This document shows, one piece after another, positions 9,726 to 19,034 of a stretch of 64,000 bases of DNA. Origin of the DNA: a virus (Duplodnaviria > Caudoviricetes); IMG/VR virus record IMGVR_UViG_3300028197_000002; one strand, given 5' to 3'. The notes below the pieces were generated by a model that was given only the letters and a program-made list of their open reading frames with translations, was not told where the DNA came from and searched no databases. A program made the position numbers and the translations under genes. Every line of letters begins with the position of its first letter. The first letter of the stretch is position 1.

Positions 9726-9883
9726 AAAATGGCTAATGCGCATGTTGCTTGTCGCGATGCTTTGAAGGGTCAGGCGGATCACAACCTAAATATTTACTTG
9801 CGTTCAATCACATGCAACCCGTTTCTGTTGAGGCAAAAACTTGGGCGGGTCGCTGGGATTGGAAGTGCTTGGAGACATGATTT

Positions 9884-10105
9884 ATGAAATGTTTACTTGT
9901 AAAAACAAAAGATAAAAAGTTTTTAACTTACCAAAAAAATTATAAACATCTTTTGGAATATGCTAAAAATTTTAAAGCTAAAATGTATGTGGCGAAAACA
10001 AAGTCTAAAGATCAGATATTAGAATTAAATAGTTTGGTAGTTGCTTTGTGTGATAAAAATTATAAAAGTGAAGATCTAGAATATGAAATAATTGAAGAAA
10101 AATGA
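9884..10105 (+). CDS. Hypothetical protein
   Basis: 73-aa ORF with SD GGAG, coupled to next gene. Confidence 0.6.
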   Translation: MKCLLVKTKDKKFLTYQKNYKHLLEYAKNFKAKMYVAKTKSKDQILELNSLVVALCDKNYKSEDLEYEIIEEK

Positions 10106-10710
10106 TAAATGTAAGTCATAAATTTATTTACGTTGGAGTTCCTAAGACTGGAACAACGTCAATAGAAACTTTCATTAAAAAAAAATATAAAATTCTTCCA
10201 AGCTGCCAAAGCAAACATTGGCCAATTTCTCTACACGACGCAGAATATTTAGATTATTTCAAATTTGCTTTTGTTAGAAATCCTTGGGATTGGGTAGTGT
10301 CTTGGTTTTCTTATAGGAAAGAGCCTAGCTCTACTTTTACAACACCAAGTTCAGCAATAAAATCTGAATTTAAAAGATGGATTTTTAAAACCTTCGAAGA
10401 AAATGAAAAGCTTAAAAAAGAAAATTATTCTTTAAATAAAAGTCTCTGCTACAGGCCTCTGTATTTGTCTCAAAGTGAATACATCTCCATTGACGGCGAA
10501 TTGAAAATGGATTTTATAGGTAGGTTTGAAAATTTACAAAAAGATTTTGATTCAATTTGCAAAAAAATAAAAATTCCAAAGCACATCTTAGACGCCCGAA
10601 ACAAAAGTTGGCACGACCATTACTCATTATATTATGATGTTGAATCTTTTTCTTTTGTAAAAGAAAAATATAAAGATGATATAATAAATTTTAATTATAA
10701 ATTTAAATGA
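10102..10710 (+). CDS. Sulfotransferase family 2 protein
   Basis: YVGVPKTGTTSI (5'-PSB loop), FAFVRNPWDWVVSWF, DFIGRFENL. Confidence 0.85.
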   Translation: MINVSHKFIYVGVPKTGTTSIETFIKKKYKILPSCQSKHWPISLHDAEYLDYFKFAFVRNPWDWVVSWFSYRKEPSSTFTTPSSAIKSEFKRWIFKTFEENEKLKKENYSLNKSLCYRPLYLSQSEYISIDGELKMDFIGRFENLQKDFDSICKKIKIPKHILDARNKSWHDHYSLYYDVESFSFVKEKYKDDIINFNYKFK

Positions 10711-10737
10711 AAGATATAATGAAAAAGATTTTTTAAA

Positions 10738-11601
10738 ATGAGAAAATTTGGAATAGAAATTGAGTTAAACTCTTTTGATAATAGAAATTTTTCAAAAAAT
10801 CCTTTAAATATAGGCGAATACCCAAAAGGATTTTTTGAGGTCGTTGATTCGATCTCTTCTCTGGGATTTAAAGTAGAGCCTAAGTCTTGGCACCACACTC
10901 ATAATAATCGCAATTGGATTGTTAAAACAGATTCTTCGTGTGGGATAGAGATATGCTCCCCAGTTTTGGAAGAGACTGATTCTGTGATTGTTCTTCTTGA
11001 TCATTTGAAAGAGAAAAAGTTTCAAGCAGATCATTCTTGTTCTTTTCATATTCACTTTGATTTTTTTGATAGTTTAAATGATCAAATTGCTTCGGTTTTA
11101 TCTTGGTGGATTAAAGTAGAGCATTTGGTTTTTGATTGCTTGAGTGACAATAGGAAGTTGAACTCTTATTGCAAGTCTATAGGTCTTTGTAATATTTTTG
11201 AGCATGATCAAATTCCTTCTGAGGAAGTGATATTTTCTTTAGGCAAAAGTAAACACTACAGCGTCAATACTTTTCATTTGGTTAGAAATAACAGAAGAAC
11301 TTTAGAGTTTAGATTATTTAATTCAAAAGAATTTATTGATAATTCTTTTGAATTAAATAATTGGATGTTTTTTTTAAATGAATTTATCAACGCTTCTTCT
11401 TCGAAGGGTACGCCGTCAGATTTTTGTTGGGTTGACCTTGAAGAATTACTAGCGTTAATAAATTTAAAAAATGAAAAATTATTTTGGCTTTTGTCTAAAA
11501 TAAATAATAAAATAGATAAAAAATCTTTATTTAGATCTAAATCTTTTGATGATTTAAAAAAAATATTTGTTGAAAAATCAAATCTTATGAAGGATAAATA
11601 A
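10738..11601 (+). CDS. Putative amidoligase (COOH-NH2 ligase type 2)
   Basis: FGIEIE, WIVKTDSSC, EICSPVL, SCSFHIH, YSVN, RTLEFR. Confidence 0.8.
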   Translation: MRKFGIEIELNSFDNRNFSKNPLNIGEYPKGFFEVVDSISSLGFKVEPKSWHHTHNNRNWIVKTDSSCGIEICSPVLEETDSVIVLLDHLKEKKFQADHSCSFHIHFDFFDSLNDQIASVLSWWIKVEHLVFDCLSDNRKLNSYCKSIGLCNIFEHDQIPSEEVIFSLGKSKHYSVNTFHLVRNNRRTLEFRLFNSKEFIDNSFELNNWMFFLNEFINASSSKGTPSDFCWVDLEELLALINLKNEKLFWLLSKINNKIDKKSLFRSKSFDDLKKIFVEKSNLMKDK

Positions 11602-11631
11602 TTTCAAAGAACGCGTAGAGGAAGGTGATCT

Positions 11632-12081
11632 ATGAGTTTTAATGAAAAATTTGAAATATTAAGAAATCTAGGAAATAAACTTGTAGATTACAACTATCCG
11701 TTGTCCCCTATCTATTTTGAAAACGACATTAGTTGTTTGAAAACTATGGAAATAGAAATAGATGGATACGATACAGTCGTTTACTTTAACAAGTCTCTAT
11801 ATGATGACGGCTGTCACTTGGAAACTTTCCAAATTTATAATAAAAATGCACCCTTTTTGCCTTTTCATCTAATTGCAAAATTAGCTCAAAAAGCATTAGG
11901 CAGTCATTTTCTATTTTTAATAGAGTTTTATCAAGATGATCACAAAGTGTATTGTTGGACAGTATCTGTCGATGATAGAGGACGTCCTATGCCTTCTCCA
12001 TTACAAACCAAAACAAAAACCAAAGTTTTTGAAGGTTTTCAATACGGCTATCTCCAGCCAGAACAAGTAAAATTATATTAA
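11632..12081 (+). CDS. Hypothetical protein
   Basis: 149-aa ORF with strong SD GGAAGGTGA. Confidence 0.7.
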   Translation: MSFNEKFEILRNLGNKLVDYNYPLSPIYFENDISCLKTMEIEIDGYDTVVYFNKSLYDDGCHLETFQIYNKNAPFLPFHLIAKLAQKALGSHFLFLIEFYQDDHKVYCWTVSVDDRGRPMPSPLQTKTKTKVFEGFQYGYLQPEQVKLY

Positions 12082-12097
12082 TTTATGGAGTATTTAA

Positions 12098-12397
12098 ATG
12101 AATAAATCAAAAAAGATACAGCAGTTGTTCGTTACGCAGCTCATAAAAGAAGGTCATGTGCAAATAACATTACCAAACGAAATGACATTGGAAGTTGGAA
12201 TTACTCAAGAAGATGGAAATGGTGATCTTAAAAAAGAGCCAAATTACTGTTGGGTTTTAGCTTCTCAAAATGGCAGAACAATTGCTATAGATGAATATAA
12301 TTTAGGTATTAAATATACAGATGCAGATAAGAACAAGTTTGTTATAGAAACTACGTCTGGGAACGAAGAAGACGTAAAATTCCTAGAAGTTATATAA
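12098..12397 (+). CDS. Hypothetical protein
   Basis: 99-aa ORF, SD GGAG. Confidence 0.65.
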   Translation: MNKSKKIQQLFVTQLIKEGHVQITLPNEMTLEVGITQEDGNGDLKKEPNYCWVLASQNGRTIAIDEYNLGIKYTDADKNKFVIETTSGNEEDVKFLEVI

Positions 12398-12689
12398 TTC
12401 TTAGAAATTTTAGTTCTTCCTTTTCTAATTTAACTTCAGCTGAAAGATTGACTTTATTATTAGAAGTTATTACAATGAAATCTATCCAAAGAATAATTCC
12501 GTCATTTGAAAATACGGCATTAGAAACTTTTATTGTTTGGATGTTAAAAGATTGCAAGTTAAGATTTTTTTCTACAATCTCTTTTAAAAATTTAATTGTC
12601 TTTCTAATATCAATGTAATAAGTCCAATCTTTAATCAACAATTGTTCAAGAGAATTGGAATCAAAAATTTTTTCTTTTTTAGAGGTCAT
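12390..12689 (-). CDS. Hypothetical protein
   Basis: 99-aa ORF verified on the minus strand. Confidence 0.6.
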   Translation of the reverse strand: MTSKKEKIFDSNSLEQLLIKDWTYYIDIRKTIKFLKEIVEKNLNLQSFNIQTIKVSNAVFSNDGIILWIDFIVITSNNKVNLSAEVKLEKEELKFLRII

Positions 12690-12697
12690 ATAAAGCT

Positions 12698-12964
12698 ATG
12701 AAAAAGGACAGTGTTATAGTAAGAGAGTATTGCTCTCGCGTTTCAGATGACGAATTGTGTTCGTTAGTAGATAAGTTAACAAGACCCGTAAGCGGGGATA
12801 CGTGTGATGTTTCTTTTATTTTTGAAAAGGATAAAGAAATAGACAGGTGGCTTTGTCAGGCAAAGAGTTCAGACGATTGGTTCAACAGAGTGGATATGAT
12901 TCAAGATGCTTCTCTCTATGAGCATAAGAGAAGAGGTCAGCGAAGGTCTAAATCTAACAATTAG
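12698..12964 (+). CDS. Hypothetical protein
   Basis: 88-aa ORF divergent from the previous gene with only an 8-nt gap. Confidence 0.6.
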   Translation: MKKDSVIVREYCSRVSDDELCSLVDKLTRPVSGDTCDVSFIFEKDKEIDRWLCQAKSSDDWFNRVDMIQDASLYEHKRRGQRRSKSNN

Positions 12965-12987
12965 CAGTTGTTTTTTGTCTGTAATTA

Positions 12988-13038
12988 TAATATAAAGGGG
13001 GAGTGGATAGTTCCGTCTCCTTTTATATTATTTTTTTT
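12988..13038 (+). terminator. Intrinsic terminator-like hairpin
   Basis: TAATATAAAGGGGGA / TCTCCTTTTATATTA 15-bp stem (with G-U) followed by T8. Confidence 0.65.
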
Positions 13039-13054
13039 ATTTAAAGGTTAAATT

Positions 13055-15076
13055 GTGACTGTAGAAGTTTTAGAAGATCAGTTTAATTTGGTAGAAACCA
13101 ATAACTACCCGGACTATTCCAAATTTCCTTTTGAAAAATTTAATCCTGTTCAAAGTAGAATATTCGAAATATTTAAAGAGGATTGCAATTTAGTAGTAGC
13201 GGCTAAAACTTCTGCTGGAAAAACCATCTGTTCTGAGATGGTCATGGCTCATGAAATAAGAGAGAAAAGTGGCAAGGCTATGTACTTGGCTCCTTTAAAA
13301 GCTTTGGCTAAAGAAAAAATTGATGATTGGACGAGTGAAAGTCATCATTTTGCTGATTTAAATCTTTCTATATGTACCGGCGACTACAGACTAACAGACA
13401 AACGAAAGAAAGAGTTAGAAGATGCAAATATTATTATTATGACATCGGAAATGCTCAATTCTCGATGCAGAAACAACAAGTCTGAATCTAATGAGTGGTT
13501 GAAAAACATAGGAACCATCGTTTTAGACGAAGCGCATCTTTTAACTGTTGGAGGAAGAGGAGATCATCTAGAAGTTGGGCTAATGAAGCTCACAGAGATC
13601 AATCCAAATTGCAGAATCGTCGCCTTGTCTGCGACTATGCCTAATGTTGACGAAATATCTGAATGGCTTAATCGTTTGAATTCTAAGAAAACCTTTTTAA
13701 TTGATTCAAAATATAGGCCTTGTCCTTTAAATATTCATTACCATTCTTATGAAGAGCAAAAGACATATGATTTGAATGAAGAGTCTAAGATAGATTCTTC
13801 TATAGATATATTGAGAGAATATAAAGATGATAAATTTTTAGTTTTTGTTCATACTAAAAAATTAGGATATAAATTAAAAAAAGATTTAGAACAATTTGGC
13901 ATGAATGTTGAATTTCACAATGCTGATTTGAACAAGGACAAAAGGCAAGAAGTTGAGAGTAGATTTAAAAACGGAGATTTAAGAGTAATTATTGCCACAA
14001 GCACTTTGGCTTGGGGTTTAAATTTGCCTGCTAGACGAGTCATCATTGCAGGAGTTCATAGAGGCATGTCAGAAGTTGACACTTACGATGTTGCACAAAT
14101 GGCAGGAAGAGCAGGAAGAGTTGGTTTTGATCCTCAAGGAGATGTTTATATTTTAGTTCCCGGATCCGAACCAGATAAGTACGTTGATAAATTTTCTACT
14201 CCACAAAATATTGAATCTCAACTTTTGAAATACATAGGACAAGAAGAAAATCCAAGATATAAAACTTTGGCTTTTCATCTTGTTAGTGAAATTCATCATG
14301 GAAACATAAAGACAATTGATGACATTCATGAGTGGTATGAAAGATCTTTGGCTTATTTCCAATCTATGGATTTAGAAGATACTATTGCCGACAATACAAT
14401 TGAACTTCTTTTGCAAGTTGGAGCAATAAAGCAAACTGATGGAGTGTTTGAAGCTACTTCTATTGGAAAAGTTTCCAGTATGTTTTATTACAGTCCTTTT
14501 GATGTAGCGGATTTAAGAAGAAATTTTAGATTTTTGTTTGCAAATAGATTAGAGTCTAACGATGTTGCTTTGTCTGTTGCTCTTGGAAATATAGATTCTA
14601 TACGGATGGGATTTGTTAGCAGAACAGAAGCAGAAGAAATGGAAGATTACCATTACATGGTAAGACAAAATTTAGGTAATGGCATAATGGATTCTGCTGT
14701 TAAGGGAGGATATATTTACTATTGCTTGCTTAATGGTCTTGATCTTGGGCCTTTTTCTTCTTTAGGAAGATTGATGCAATTTGACTTCGAAAGAACAGCT
14801 ACTGTATTGAACAATCTTGATTCTATGGCTGCTAAATGGAACAAGAGAAAGTTCTTTAATGAAGTTTCTCTTAGAGTTTCTTACGGAGTTAAAAAAGAGC
14901 TTATTGGTTTTTGTAAATTGCCTGATGTGGGCAAAGTCAGAGCGCAAAGACTGTATGCTGCTGGATTTAGAAGCTCAAAGGATTTAGTAGGTAAATTTGA
15001 TGATGTTAAAAAAGCTTTGAATATGAAAGATGAAAAAATATCCCAAATAATACAGAGTGCAGAAAAATTATCTTAA
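13055..15076 (+). CDS. Ski2-like/Hel308 SF2 helicase
   Basis: AAKTSAGKT, DEAH, SATMPN, STLAWGLNLPA, QMAGRAGR, winged helix, C-terminal HhH KLPDVGKVRAQRLYAAG. Confidence 0.9.
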   Translation: MTVEVLEDQFNLVETNNYPDYSKFPFEKFNPVQSRIFEIFKEDCNLVVAAKTSAGKTICSEMVMAHEIREKSGKAMYLAPLKALAKEKIDDWTSESHHFADLNLSICTGDYRLTDKRKKELEDANIIIMTSEMLNSRCRNNKSESNEWLKNIGTIVLDEAHLLTVGGRGDHLEVGLMKLTEINPNCRIVALSATMPNVDEISEWLNRLNSKKTFLIDSKYRPCPLNIHYHSYEEQKTYDLNEESKIDSSIDILREYKDDKFLVFVHTKKLGYKLKKDLEQFGMNVEFHNADLNKDKRQEVESRFKNGDLRVIIATSTLAWGLNLPARRVIIAGVHRGMSEVDTYDVAQMAGRAGRVGFDPQGDVYILVPGSEPDKYVDKFSTPQNIESQLLKYIGQEENPRYKTLAFHLVSEIHHGNIKTIDDIHEWYERSLAYFQSMDLEDTIADNTIELLLQVGAIKQTDGVFEATSIGKVSSMFYYSPFDVADLRRNFRFLFANRLESNDVALSVALGNIDSIRMGFVSRTEAEEMEDYHYMVRQNLGNGIMDSAVKGGYIYYCLLNGLDLGPFSSLGRLMQFDFERTATVLNNLDSMAAKWNKRKFFNEVSLRVSYGVKKELIGFCKLPDVGKVRAQRLYAAGFRSSKDLVGKFDDVKKALNMKDEKISQIIQSAEKLS

Positions 15077-15892
15077 TTTTCTTTGCCTTCTGTATATTCT
15101 AATTTTATTTATTTTAGATATTCTACTTAAAATTTCTTTCCTGTTTAAAGAAAGATGTATTTTTCCTTGAGAATATCTTTTACTTAACAACGATGTGCTT
15201 GTGTTGCATATAGTTTCTGTTAAGCCACACGAGCAACAGGGCTTGGTGCCTGTGATTGAAGGTGCTCCAGCGCAACCTTCATCCGCTACTGTTTGAGAGG
15301 TGTAAGAAGGTCCTCCTCCGCAAGCTCCACCGCCACCACTAGCAGTTACGGTAAAAGGACCCGGACCACAGCAGCAAACAGATCCTCCTACACAACCGCC
15401 AGTAGTAATTCCGCAAGGACTGTTTGAAGACATAGTAATGCTTGTGAAATAGCAAGGAATTGAGCAAGATCCTGCTAAAGCAAATAAAATTTGATCATCT
15501 TCATTGGCGAGAACGTTTAGCTTGCTTTTTGCTTGTATAAGAGATTGATCTAGTTGAAAACTTGGAGCTTTTGGTAAATTTTTAATTCCTAATTTTTTAT
15601 TTAAATTATTTAAAGATAACAAGTCTTCTTTTTTTGCATTGCTTCTGAACTTTTTGCTTTCGATAAGTTCTTTTATAACATCTTGGTCAGTTTTTTTAAT
15701 TTTTCTTTTAAATTTTATTCCAAGAATATTATAAGTTTTATATTTATAACTTGATGAACAGGGGCCGTATGGAGTTGTGCACAGATATTTAAATGTAACA
15801 GAGTCGCACGTTCCCTCTGGAGGACACTTGACGTCGCAACATCCTGCGCATCCCGGACTAGCACAACTTACTTCCCAACTACAGCTTGTCAT
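15068..15892 (-). CDS. Cysteine/glycine-rich protein with basic linker and tail
   Basis: 22 Cys in two clusters; minus strand verified. Confidence 0.7.
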   Translation of the reverse strand: MTSCSWEVSCASPGCAGCCDVKCPPEGTCDSVTFKYLCTTPYGPCSSSYKYKTYNILGIKFKRKIKKTDQDVIKELIESKKFRSNAKKEDLLSLNNLNKKLGIKNLPKAPSFQLDQSLIQAKSKLNVLANEDDQILFALAGSCSIPCYFTSITMSSNSPCGITTGGCVGGSVCCCGPGPFTVTASGGGGACGGGPSYTSQTVADEGCAGAPSITGTKPCCSCGLTETICNTSTSLLSKRYSQGKIHLSLNRKEILSRISKINKIRIYRRQRKLR

Positions 15893-16146
15893 TTGAGATC
15901 TCCAAAAAATCCTTCTGGATACTCCATTTTAACAACGCCTTCTTTAGAAGGTTCTCCTGTGTCTGGATCTTCCACCCACCACCTTACTTGTTGAACTTCT
16001 ATCCCTAAATCTTCCATATGGCAGTCATCCGACTCAGCTACAGGCATGTTGTATCTTTGCCCGTCAAGCAGAACTGTTACGCTACAATGACTATCTTTTT
16101 TATTAAAAAGACGACAATTGCCACAATTTTTTTCTAATTTTTTCAT
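15889..16146 (-). CDS. Small Cys-containing hypothetical protein
   Basis: MKKLEKNCGNC reads on the reverse complement (track strand label wrong); CxxC..C..C. Confidence 0.7.
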   Translation of the reverse strand: MKKLEKNCGNCRLFNKKDSHCSVTVLLDGQRYNMPVAESDDCHMEDLGIEVQQVRWWVEDPDTGEPSKEGVVKMEYPEGFFGDLK

Positions 16147-16209
16147 ATTGTAAACTTTTCTATAACATAGTAAGATAATGCACTTTTAATTAATTCTATA
16201 GGTACTTAA

Positions 16210-16809
16210 ATGATTTGCGTAGCAGGCCAAATGCGTTCTGGAAAAAATGTAGTTGGCGAATATTTATGTAATAATAAAGATTATACTTTAGCATCTTTTG
16301 CAAAGCCTGTAAAAAAAATATTTTGTGATGCTTTTGGAAAAAACCTAGATTTTGTAGAAGAGTGGAAAGTCGAAAAAGACCCACCAGTAGGCTTTCAAAA
16401 GCCTACTAGACAAGCATTACAATTTATTGGAGATGGTTTTAGACAAATAAAAAATGATGTTTGGATTGAATATGCTATGCGTAACAACCCTGAAAATGCG
16501 TGTTTTACTGATGGTAGATATATAAATGAATTGAAGGCTGTGCGAAAAAAAGGTGGAAAAAACATTTTGCTTTGGAGACCGGGATATGAGAATGATGATC
16601 CGAATGAATCGGAGGCTCAAATAAAAGTTCTTGTTGATTGGTATAAAGAAAAATTTTATAAAACTGGAGTCCAAGGCCAGATAACTAGATCTAGATTTGA
16701 TAGTTGGGATGATCCTGATTATCCAAAAGGGACTGAGTATGTAGATTATTTTATTATAAACGATGGCGGTATATCTCAAGTTTATGATAAATTGGACGAG
16801 CTATTTTAG
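16210..16809 (+). CDS. Deoxynucleoside monophosphate kinase (T4 gp1-like)
   Basis: GQMRSGKN P-loop, ASFAKPVK, RQALQFIG, FTDGRYINE. Confidence 0.85.
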   Translation: MICVAGQMRSGKNVVGEYLCNNKDYTLASFAKPVKKIFCDAFGKNLDFVEEWKVEKDPPVGFQKPTRQALQFIGDGFRQIKNDVWIEYAMRNNPENACFTDGRYINELKAVRKKGGKNILLWRPGYENDDPNESEAQIKVLVDWYKEKFYKTGVQGQITRSRFDSWDDPDYPKGTEYVDYFIINDGGISQVYDKLDELF

Positions 16810-16820
16810 GAAATTTAATA

Positions 16821-16916
16821 GTGAGTTTATTTTTTATTCATGTTGGATTTTTAACTATTTTTTTTATAGTTCAAGTTATTATTGGAACTTTTGTAATATA
16901 TTTAAAAAATAAATAA
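16821..16916 (+). CDS. 31-aa single-pass membrane peptide (not in track)
   Basis: GTG start after AGGA; MSLFFIHVGFLTIFFIVQVIIGTFVIYLKNK fills the whole gap. Confidence 0.45.
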   Translation: MSLFFIHVGFLTIFFIVQVIIGTFVIYLKNK

Positions 16917-16929
16917 AGGATATAAATTT

Positions 16930-17397
16930 ATGAATATTTCTGTTGGAAGCGATCATCGTGGATATAAATCTAAGGCAAAGATTATTGAGTTCCTTGAAAA
17001 ACTTGGACATTCGGTCAATGATGTTGGGGCGAATAATGAAGACAGTGTAGATTATCCAGATATTGCCTCTATGGTTGGACGAAGTATTTCAGATGGTTTG
17101 AGTGACCGTGGAATTTTAATTTGCGGTACTGGAATCGGCATGTCTATTGCTGCTAATAAACACAAGGGTGTTCGAGCCGCAATTTGCAATGACATGGTTA
17201 CTGTTGAGATGAGTCGTCGTCATAACAATTTAAATGTGCTTTGTTTATCATCTCAACAGCCGCAGGTAGAAGATTTGGTTTCTATCTGGTTGGAAACTGA
17301 GTTTGAAGGCGGTCGTCATGAGCGACGAATCAATATGATCTCAGAATTAGAAGAAGATAGCGACCGGTTCCGTGGTCCTCCGAGTTGGCACGTTTAA
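16930..17397 (+). CDS. rpiB: Ribose-5-phosphate isomerase B
   Basis: GSDHRG, DYPD, ICGTGIGMSIAANK, SRRHNN, FEGGRH.RR. Confidence 0.95.
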   Translation: MNISVGSDHRGYKSKAKIIEFLEKLGHSVNDVGANNEDSVDYPDIASMVGRSISDGLSDRGILICGTGIGMSIAANKHKGVRAAICNDMVTVEMSRRHNNLNVLCLSSQQPQVEDLVSIWLETEFEGGRHERRINMISELEEDSDRFRGPPSWHV

Positions 17398-18059
17398 TCT
17401 ATTATTTGTCTTTGAACAGTTTTGCCTAATTGTTCAATTCTTTTTTCTGTATAGACCTCAAATTTCCATCCTCTAACTTTGCAGGCTTCTTTTGCTGCTT
17501 CCCATTTATTTTTGTTTACTTCTAGCGTGGTTTGAGATGAAGGTTTGACTTCCCATAATTCTTTGTGTCCATCCATAAATGTTATAAATAAATCAGGGAT
17601 GTAATCATGTGCATGTCCTTGGTGTAAGTAAGGAACCTTGAATGGTTCGGCATAAAAAGATAAAACATTGTCGTGTTGATCAAGTATCTTATATACTTTT
17701 TCTTCCAGTCCAGACCTGTATTTTATGGCTTTTCCAGTTTTTGTGGATGTATAGGTTCCTTGTTTGAATTTGGGCTTTCTTGTTTTTTTCTTTTTCCCTT
17801 TAAAGTCATGCCATATAATTGCTCTGTTTTGTCCTTTGTATTTTTTAAAATCAAAACTGGGATGTTTTGCTTTAAAGTGCATCTTCATGTCTCGAACAGG
17901 AGCTTGACAATGCTCTAGTGGACAAACAATGTATTCTCTTCCCTCTTCATGTTCTTCGAGAAGGTGTTCTTTGAACTCATAATATTCTTCAAACTCCATT
18001 CCACAGCAAAAACACTGGTATTTTCTAGAATTGTTATTGTTATTAAATGGTAATGTCAT
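17394..18059 (-). CDS. TnsA-like/T4 gp4-like head completion nuclease with N-terminal C2H2 zinc fingers
   Basis: Reads on the minus strand (track label wrong); YRSGLE, YIPDL, EVKP, KWEAAK; CxxC-12-HxxxxH fingers. Confidence 0.8.
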   Translation of the reverse strand: MTLPFNNNNNSRKYQCFCCGMEFEEYYEFKEHLLEEHEEGREYIVCPLEHCQAPVRDMKMHFKAKHPSFDFKKYKGQNRAIIWHDFKGKKKKTRKPKFKQGTYTSTKTGKAIKYRSGLEEKVYKILDQHDNVLSFYAEPFKVPYLHQGHAHDYIPDLFITFMDGHKELWEVKPSSQTTLEVNKNKWEAAKEACKVRGWKFEVYTEKRIEQLGKTVQRQIID

Positions 18060-18376
18060 TTTTGTTTAATTTCTGATTTGTCTATTACTTCAATTTCATC
18101 TAAATCTTTAATCGTAAATATCAACTCTTTTCTTTCATCTTTTGAATCCAAATCAAAAGCTTTAAATGTCGCATCTTTGCAAAATTCTTTTTCATCTTCA
18201 TTTGGGTTTTTCATTTTTGCGAAAGTTAATCTGCTTTGCTCAGGTGCTCCATATAGTTTTCCTTCTTTTTTAAAGAAAAACACTAATCCATTATCTTCAA
18301 TAGCACAATTTTTATCAAAATTTTCTTTGATATTGTCCCAATTATTTAATAATGTTCTAAAACTAGAAAAATGCAT
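18056..18376 (-). CDS. Hypothetical protein
   Basis: MHFSSFRTLL start with SD GGAGG. Confidence 0.65.
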   Translation of the reverse strand: MHFSSFRTLLNNWDNIKENFDKNCAIEDNGLVFFFKKEGKLYGAPEQSRLTFAKMKNPNEDEKEFCKDATFKAFDLDSKDERKELIFTIKDLDEIEVIDKSEIKQK

Positions 18377-18405
18377 AAAAAAATCCTCCAACTCTATATA
18401 TTGCT

Positions 18406-18798
18406 ATGGACAATTTATCGTTTACTAATTTTTTAAAAAATGAAGAAGCTGGACTTCTAGATGCTCTAAGCCAGCAATTAAATATTAATTTAGATGATCT
18501 TAAAAAAGACCCTAAATTAGCATCTTTCTATTCGTTTGGAGCAATTACTCATAATATTGGTTCTTACGTGATTTTAGATTATAAAAAAAATAGAGAAGGG
18601 AAAATAACTCATGCATTAGTTAAACAAATAAATGATCCAAAAATGAAAAATGTTCAATATCGAAACAATAACATTGTGAAAAATTCTCACGCAAATAAAA
18701 AGTTTCTTGTGTCAATCGAAGATTTAGAAAAATTAATGCTTCAAGGACAAGACAAACCGGCAGACGCAGGTATGGGAATGATGGGAGGAATGATCTAA
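18406..18798 (+). CDS. Hypothetical, CTS-like N-terminus (putative virion protein)
   Basis: MDNLSFTNFLKNEE; TATATA 5 nt before ATG. Confidence 0.6.
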   Translation: MDNLSFTNFLKNEEAGLLDALSQQLNINLDDLKKDPKLASFYSFGAITHNIGSYVILDYKKNREGKITHALVKQINDPKMKNVQYRNNNIVKNSHANKKFLVSIEDLEKLMLQGQDKPADAGMGMMGGMI

Positions 18799-18983
18799 TG
18801 GTGATGAAATTTAAAGAATGGCTGTTGGCTCAAGAATCCACCACAACAGCATCTGTAGCAACATTTGCTCGCCCAGTAGGAATGATGGTTAGAAGAAAGT
18901 TTTCAAATCCAATAGCAATAAATCCTAAAGATGATGCAAAAAGCATTGTTAAAAAATTAAAACTTTTAAACATTGATGAATAA
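18798..18983 (+). CDS. Small CTS-like putative internal head protein
   Basis: MKFKEWLLAQE N-terminus. Confidence 0.6.
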   Translation: MVMKFKEWLLAQESTTTASVATFARPVGMMVRRKFSNPIAINPKDDAKSIVKKLKLLNIDE

Positions 18984-19034
18984 TAACTTTTCAAATACAA
19001 TGACTTTATTAAAATCTTAAATTAGAGAAGTTAT

